Assembly (NCBI GenBank): GCA_037381445.1 | Contig: JARRQT010000050.1 | Coordinates: 1 to 23,697 of the forward strand | Direction of reading: 5' to 3' | Source: Calditrichia bacterium | Lineage (GTDB): Bacteria; Calditrichota; Calditrichia; RBG-13-44-9 | DNA length: 23,697 bases | Shown: piece by piece, positions 15,683 through 23,697 of the stretch | Layout of the letters: each line of letters begins with the position of its first letter | How positions within the stretch are numbered: position 1 is the first letter of the stretch | Notes under the pieces: generated by a model | Database searches by the model: none | What the model saw: the letters and a program-made list of their open reading frames with translations, nothing else | Told to the model about the DNA's origin: nothing | Made by a program: the position numbers and the translations under genes

Positions 15683-17191
15683 TTATGGATTCAGACCCGT
15701 ATGGCAGTCCGTGCACAAACTTTCCTTCCATGCCTGATCTATGTCAACCGGGTGCTTAAATTCCAGCGCTTTATTAACGTCTGTCCTTTCCATATTCCCG
15801 GGAGTGCCTTGGGCATTAATCAGATGGCACAGGCTGCAATCTCTGCTTATTGTTTCTCCTTGTTCCGTCTTGTGCATTCCATCATGACATCTGAAGCAGC
15901 CTTTGAACTCAAGATGCCCGATGTGATTGGGATAAGCGCTCCAGCGCACCTTCATATTAGGAAATATGTTTTTGGAAAAAACAGACTGAAATCCGGTGAT
16001 TGCTTTTTCGACCAAAGGTCGATTATTATTATAAATGTCCGGATAGTTTTTCTGGTAATAATCCTGAATATATTCCCGAATGTGAATCATGGCAGAATCC
16101 ATGGAAGGATAAGTATCAGAGCATAAATCCATTGTCACTGTTTTAATATCAGGCAATTCTGGCGGAATATTGCCAGCCGTCATTTCGGTATTGACAAAAA
16201 GTGACGGCGCATTGTATAAATGTGAAGGCCGATTATGGCAGTCAATGCAGTCCATTGTACGTCTTTCTAAAGTATCTAACTGTGCTTTGTCGAGAGGATT
16301 GTTCTCGTCCTCAAATATTGATTCCTCGCCCGTCTCCAGATTTGTATATTTTACCCAGGCAATATCTTCCCGGGCCTTATCGGTTGCAATGTATTCAACT
16401 TTTACGAATGGGCTGATGTGCCAGTGAATGCCTTCTATCAATCCCATAGCAGGATGCTCCGAGCCAACTTTCATTATCAGACGAATGTTCCATCTTGTAT
16501 TGTTTTCATCTGCCAGAAAATGGGTCTGATATTGGACAGAATAAGCATAAAATTTTTGCGGCCAATGACACTGTTCACACACCGCACGTGCTGGCCGTAG
16601 ATCTTTAATGGGCGTGGGAATTGGCCGGGGATAAACATTGGCCAGCGTGGCATATACCTGATATAATCCCGAAAGTTTCGACCGAACGTACCAGTCCGCT
16701 CCCGGTCCCACATGACAGGCCACACAAGCCACCTTGGCATGGGGAGAATTGGCATGGGCTATGTATTCCGGGTCCATTACGGAGTGGCAAAGCGTACCGC
16801 AGAATTGAACCGATTCGGTAAAATGGAAGGCCTCATAACTTCCGAAGGCAGAGAGAAACAGAAAAATGGTGGTTCCAATTGCGAAGATAAAAAAGGCGTT
16901 CCGGTGTCGCGGGTCATTTAAATCCACCTGCGGCCATCCCGCTTCACCATGAACTTTTGCCCTCCTCTCCCGGCGATTCTTGATGATCATTCCAATGGGG
17001 ATTAGCAGAAGCCCCATAACCATGACCGCCGGCAAAAGAATATAAGTGACCAGACCCAGATAAGCGGCTTGTCGTGCCAGAAAGGCCGTAATAGCGATCA
17101 GAAATATGATCATGAAGAGACAGATTATCGCAATAGTAGCCCCAATCAGAGAGATCCAGTTCTGAGAAGAGTGCGGTAATTTTAATTTCAT
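15683..17191 (-). CDS. imcH: ImcH-like NapC/NirT-family heptaheme inner-membrane cytochrome c (quinol dehydrogenase)
   Basis: 502 aa with three N-terminal TM helices. Seven heme motifs: CGTLCH (CX3CH), CVACH, CEQCH, CIDCH, CFRCH, CSLCH, CTDCH. NapC-type context 'ESVQFCG..CHSVMDPEY...SPHAKVAC..CHVGPG'. The 3-TM, 7-heme layout matches Geobacter ImcH. The symbol is assigned by architecture, not by search. Confidence 0.85.
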   Translation of the reverse strand: MKLKLPHSSQNWISLIGATIAIICLFMIIFLIAITAFLARQAAYLGLVTYILLPAVMVMGLLLIPIGMIIKNRRERRAKVHGEAGWPQVDLNDPRHRNAFFIFAIGTTIFLFLSAFGSYEAFHFTESVQFCGTLCHSVMDPEYIAHANSPHAKVACVACHVGPGADWYVRSKLSGLYQVYATLANVYPRPIPTPIKDLRPARAVCEQCHWPQKFYAYSVQYQTHFLADENNTRWNIRLIMKVGSEHPAMGLIEGIHWHISPFVKVEYIATDKAREDIAWVKYTNLETGEESIFEDENNPLDKAQLDTLERRTMDCIDCHNRPSHLYNAPSLFVNTEMTAGNIPPELPDIKTVTMDLCSDTYPSMDSAMIHIREYIQDYYQKNYPDIYNNNRPLVEKAITGFQSVFSKNIFPNMKVRWSAYPNHIGHLEFKGCFRCHDGMHKTEQGETISRDCSLCHLINAQGTPGNMERTDVNKALEFKHPVDIDQAWKESLCTDCHTGLNP

Positions 17192-18050
17192 AACTTATAT
17201 CCTTCCATTTTTTAGTCCCGGGGAAAACTAATTCAATTTCATTTACCAAAACAGATGCATAAAGTAGAAAATGAACATGCAGTTTATCAAGTATTTAATA
17301 AATATTTTTGTCACTAATCCAATTTACATCTCAACCAGCCGTTTTCCCATTAAATTAAGGAAACTCTTAATATTTTTCAAAGACTGATTATCCCCACATG
17401 ATTTGACGGAAGCGATTTGATGTTATTTTGTCCTATTTTTCCTATCCTTAATCAGGTTTTGAGATTTTAGATTTTTGAAGTCTGGAAATTTCGTTGCTCT
17501 TAAATTTGAAAGCGATCAAAATTCATTTGAAGATATTAATCTCTTGGCGGGTGGGAAATATTTGATATCAAGTATGATATTCCGATTTTCTCCTGCACAA
17601 ATTTTAGAGCTTAAAGAGAAGACAGCAAGAAACATACGGAAATGGTAATATAAGCTATGATCAATAATTCACAAAGATATAACTTTTTAATATTCTATCT
17701 GTTCCCCGGATATTACCCGGCTTCTATCGATGATGAAATATATTGAAGGCATTTTCACTAAAGTTCTAAGAAAGAATTTCCGTTTTGAAGTCTGGGGAGA
17801 TCTGTGGTTATTTGAAGAATTACTGGCTGGCTATGAGAGAAAAGTTCCGGTCAATAGGTGATACCATTTCATAAATTGCATTTTTAATTTATCTTAAATC
17901 ATGATCAGTATGGAGGAGAATAATCTCGCTGTTTTTAAATGATTGGTAAGAGAATGGCGGATGGTGATAAGCTTTTATTTTGCTTGTAAAATACTATATT
18001 TTTCATTAATTTATATAGTTTAAAAGACACCAAGAGATGGAGGAAAAAGA

Positions 18051-19172
18051 ATGAAATTTTCAGTTATGCGTGACGAGATTTACAGTGCCCTGCAGAAAGT
18101 GGTAAATGTTATTCCGCAGCGTTCCACCTTTATGATGACCCAAAATGTTCTGCTTTTTACAGAAGACAATTTGCTGAAAATTGTGGGTACTGATCTGGAA
18201 ATTACATTGATGTCCTGGGCTGGCGCCTCCATCACAGAAGAAGGTTCTATCGCAGTTCCGGGGCGACTGATCCATGATATTGTCCGGGAGCTGCCCAACA
18301 TCGAATTACATTTCGAAGCGGATGACCAGTTCCGGATGAGAATTACCTCCGATTTTGGACGGTATAAAATTTCCGGCGTGAATCCTGTGGAATTCCCGCA
18401 GCGCCCCGAACTGGGTGAAGATGTTCAGCCGGTCACCCTGGAAAATCCCATTTTCAGGAAAATAATAGAAAATACGATCTTTGCCTGTTCTACGGATGAA
18501 CTTCGGGCTGCCTTGACTGGGGTTTATTTTAACATATCTCCCGGGAAGATAGACACTGTGGCCACAGACGGTCATCGCCTGGCCCGCATGAGATATACGA
18601 ATGAGGCTGCCGCCGACAAACAGGTGTCGGCCATCATCCCGACCCGTTCGCTCAATTTCGTACTGCGTAATCTGGACGGGAGTTTCAGCAGCACCATTCA
18701 TTTCGGGAAAAAGCATGCGCTGTTCGAGATGGAGGATATCCAGTTATATGCCCGTTTGATTGAAGAGACATTTGTCGACTATGAACGGGTTATTCCCCAG
18801 GAGACGCCGTTTGAGATGCTGGTGAACAGCGATGAGTTCTACGCATCCGTTAAACGCGTCTCATTGTTTTCAAATCCCCTAACATCTCAGGTCGTTTTAC
18901 ATATCTTCCCCCAGCACGTGGAACTGCATGCCGAAGATATTGATTACGGGGGGGAAGCACAGGAAAGGATTTCATGCGAATTTAACGGCGATGACTTTCT
19001 GATTGCCTTTAATTCGCGTTATCTGCAGGATATACTGCGCCACATTTCCACGGAACAGTTGCAGCTTCGTTTTGTGCGGCCCGATTATGCGGTGCTTGCC
19101 AATCCGGTTGAGATGCCCGAGGGTGAAGATCATTTGATGTTGTTAATGCCTGTGCGTTTGGAAACGGAGTAA
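18051..19172 (+). CDS. dnaN: DNA polymerase III beta sliding clamp
   Basis: 373 aa; 'GTDLEI', 'LTGVYF', 'VATDGHRLA', 'DYERVIP', 'IAFNSRYL', 'LLMPVR'. SD GGAGG upstream. Confidence 0.97.
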   Translation: MKFSVMRDEIYSALQKVVNVIPQRSTFMMTQNVLLFTEDNLLKIVGTDLEITLMSWAGASITEEGSIAVPGRLIHDIVRELPNIELHFEADDQFRMRITSDFGRYKISGVNPVEFPQRPELGEDVQPVTLENPIFRKIIENTIFACSTDELRAALTGVYFNISPGKIDTVATDGHRLARMRYTNEAAADKQVSAIIPTRSLNFVLRNLDGSFSSTIHFGKKHALFEMEDIQLYARLIEETFVDYERVIPQETPFEMLVNSDEFYASVKRVSLFSNPLTSQVVLHIFPQHVELHAEDIDYGGEAQERISCEFNGDDFLIAFNSRYLQDILRHISTEQLQLRFVRPDYAVLANPVEMPEGEDHLMLLMPVRLETE

Positions 19173-20284
19173 ATGATTTTAGAAACTTTGAATTTAACCA
19201 ATTTTAGAAATTATAAGCAGGCGGAAGTTGGTTTTCGCGCCGGAACAAATGTGCTTTTTGGGAAAAATGGTCAGGGTAAGACGAATATACTGGAGAGTAT
19301 TTATTATCTGGCTTTGACAAAGAGTTTTAGAACGAGCAGTGATCCGAACTTGATCTCGAATAAGGAAAAGTATTTTCGAATTCAGGGAGATTTGAAGAGT
19401 ACACAGGGACGCAGTCATCAAAGCGCCATCGCTTATTCGCAGGTGGATGGGAAGCGCCTGCTTTATAACGGACAGCGAATTCAAAAATTCTCGGAATATA
19501 TCGGATATATCCCGGTTGTTCTGCTGGCGCCGTCCGACCTTCAGATAAGCCAGAATGGTCCCCAGCAGCGCCGCCAGTTTCTGGATATTGTGCTTTCCCA
19601 ATCCAGCAAGCTTTATTTGCACCATTTGATCCAGTACCGGCGTTCCCTGAAACAGCGAAACGCACTCCTGCAGGAGGACGCAACGGATGCCAATTTGCTC
19701 CGTTCGTGGGAAGAAGCGCTGGTACAACATGGCACCATTCTTATTCAAAAACGGCTGGAAGCGATTGAATCGCTGGATAAAATGGTCAAGGAATTTTACG
19801 GACAGCTCAGCGGAATGGCGGATAAAGTAAAAATGGTTTATCAGAGCTCTGTGCCGTTCAAGAAACCGGAAAGCATTGCTCAGGCTTATCAAACCGCATT
19901 TTCAAACAGCCGAGAAAAGGAATTGCAGACCGGCAGCACAGCCATCGGTCCTCACCGGGACGATGTTTTGTTTCTCATCAACGGGAAAGCACTGCGGGCT
20001 ATCGGGTCTCAGGGTGAGCACAAAACTTTTGTTATTGCTCTGAAAATGGCGGAATTCAACTTTCTGAAAAATGTGCAGAATGAAACGCCCCTTCTGCTGT
20101 TTGATGATATCTTTGGAGAACTGGATGCCGGACGCATAAGCAATATGATAGGTTCCCTCTCCCGCATCGGTCAGGTGTTCATCACGACGACTTCTCCCCA
20201 TTTTTTTGGAAAAATGAACAACTGGGAGGCCGATGCCCATTTTTATGAAATCGAGCAGGGAACCGTAAGTGTTCGGGAATCCCT

Positions 20285-20288
<4 letters not shown>
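19173..20288 (+). CDS. recF: DNA replication/repair protein RecF
   Basis: 'NFRNY', Walker A 'GKNGQGKTNILESIY', 'GPHRDD', 'GSQGEHK', 'LLFDDIFGELD', 'QVFITTT'. Confidence 0.97.
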
Positions 20289-22503
<2,215 letters not shown>

Positions 22504-22567
22504 GAAATACGCTTTTGTTTGCATACAGAGTGATTAGCTATTATTTGAAGAAAGGCAGGATTTCAAG

Positions 22568-23697
22568 ATGGAATTGCAAAGACAAAGAATACTTCCGACT
22601 AACATAGAGGAGGAAATGCGGGATTCCTACATGGATTATTCCATGTCGGTTATTGTTTCCCGCGCGCTCCCGGATGTCCGCGACGGCCTGAAGCCAGTTC
22701 ACCGCAGGGTTTTATTCGGGATGCATGAATTGGGATTGACCTACAATCGTCCCTATAAGAAAAGCGCCCGGGTGGTGGGTGAAGTTCTTGGAAAATATCA
22801 CCCACATGGTGACTCCGCGGTTTACGATACCATCGTCCGGATGGTGCAGGATTTTTCACTGCGCTACCCGCTGGTCGACGGCCAGGGAAACTTCGGATCA
22901 ATCGATGGTGACTCACCGGCGGCCATGCGATATACCGAAGTCCGGATGGCCAAAATCAGCAGTGAGATTTTGCGGGATCTGGAGAAGGATACAGTGGATT
23001 GGCGCCCCAATTTTGATGAGACGCTGCAGGAGCCGATCGTGCTTCCCAGTGTTTTTCCGAATCTGCTCTGCAATGGCGGATCGGGAATCGCGGTGGGTAT
23101 GGCCACCAACCTGCCGCCCCACAATCTGCGGCAGGTGGTCAATGCTATTGTGGCCACCATCGATAATCCGGATATCAATGTTGACGAATTGATGCAGCAT
23201 ATTTCCGGGCCTGATTTTCCCACCGGCGGCATCATCTTCGGTGTAAACGGGATTAAAGAAGCCTATTCCACGGGCCGTGGAAAAATTATTGTCCGCGGAC
23301 GGGCTAACGTGGAACATCTTCGCAACAACAAAACCAGCATCATCATCAGCGAAATGCCCTATCAGGTAAACAAAGCTTCGTTTATCGAAAAAACCGCAGA
23401 ACTGGTGCGGGACAAAAAAATTGACGGCATCAGCGATATCAGAGACGAATCGGACCGTGATGGAATCCGCGTGGTTCTGGAATTGAAACGGGATTCGGTC
23501 CCCGAGGTTGTTCTCAATCAGCTCTACAAGCACACCCAACTGCAGGTGACCTTCGGCATCATCAATCTTGCCTTGGTTGACGGAATTCCTCGTGTGCTGA
23601 CGCTGCGCCAGTTAATCCAGTATTTTATCAATCACCGGCATGAAGTCATTCTGCGCCGCACGCGTTATGAACTGGACCAGGCCGAGAAACGGGCCCA
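22568..23697 (+). CDS. gyrA: DNA gyrase subunit A (5' part, runs off the window; absent from the ORF track)
   Basis: Manual translation from ATG 22568: [47 protein letters not shown]...KYHPHGD...[11 protein letters not shown]...AAMRYTE (catalytic Tyr)...GIAVGMATN...GPDFPTGG. Confidence 0.96.
   Translation, partial: MELQRQRILPTNIEEEMRDSYMDYSMSVIVSRALPDVRDGLKPVHRRVLFGMHELGLTYNRPYKKSARVVGEVLGKYHPHGDSAVYDTIVRMVQDFSLRYPLVDGQGNFGSIDGDSPAAMRYTEVRMAKISSEILRDLEKDTVDWRPNFDETLQEPIVLPSVFPNLLCNGGSGIAVGMATNLPPHNLRQVVNAIVATIDNPDINVDELMQHISGPDFPTGGIIFGVNGIKEAYSTGRGKIIVRGRANVEHLRNNKTSIIISEMPYQVNKASFIEKTAELVRDKKIDGISDIRDESDRDGIRVVLELKRDSVPEVVLNQLYKHTQLQVTFGIINLALVDGIPRVLTLRQLIQYFINHRHEVILRRTRYELDQAEKRA

Noticed and set aside
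16944..17249. 101-aa ORF overlapping the imcH-like start
   Set aside because: Alternative frame over a strong gene that has its own SD and TM helices.
17562..17571. TTGATATCAA as an FNR site
   Set aside because: Lacks the 4-bp spacer of TTGAT-N4-ATCAA.
17192..18050. oriC call
   Set aside because: No perfect or clustered DnaA boxes and no obvious DUE or DnaA-trio repeats by eye; kept only as a gene-order finding.

Overview
The window has two blocks, separated by an 859-bp AT-rich divergent intergenic region. The right block (18051-23697, + strand) is the housekeeping run dnaN-recF-dciA(DUF721)-gyrB-gyrA (gyrA partial), with no dnaA in front of dnaN. The left block (about 17 kb, all - strand) is a respiratory/redox cluster. 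In transcription order it encodes: an ImcH-like 7-heme NapC/NirT quinol dehydrogenase; a CbcL-like fusion of 18-19 c-hemes to a cytochrome b, whose 5' end appears disrupted; a group 1d [NiFe] uptake hydrogenase operon (hyaABCD) with the extra cysteines of O2-tolerant enzymes; a stand-alone receiver protein; a histidine kinase with a periplasmic CxxCH; an NtrC-family sigma54 activator; and a 930-aa secreted multiheme cytochrome (8 CxxCH + 1 CxCH) with Ig-like/FN3 domains and a T9SS/FlgD-Ig-like C-terminal sorting domain. Two sigma54-like promoters with near-identical architecture lie upstream of the secreted cytochrome and of the receiver gene: a GG-N10-GT core plus repeated 18-bp TGnGRCA-N4-TGTCnCA palindromes, the first starting 78 bp from the -24 G in both. 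My best interpretation (inference) is a candidate H2-driven extracellular electron transfer system with a heme-sensing sigma54 circuit and a CTD-exported terminal cytochrome. The host is probably a Calditrichota/KSB1/Ignavibacteria-type bacterium; that taxonomy rests only on the CTD style and is unverified. All family assignments are from motif recognition; no database searches were run.
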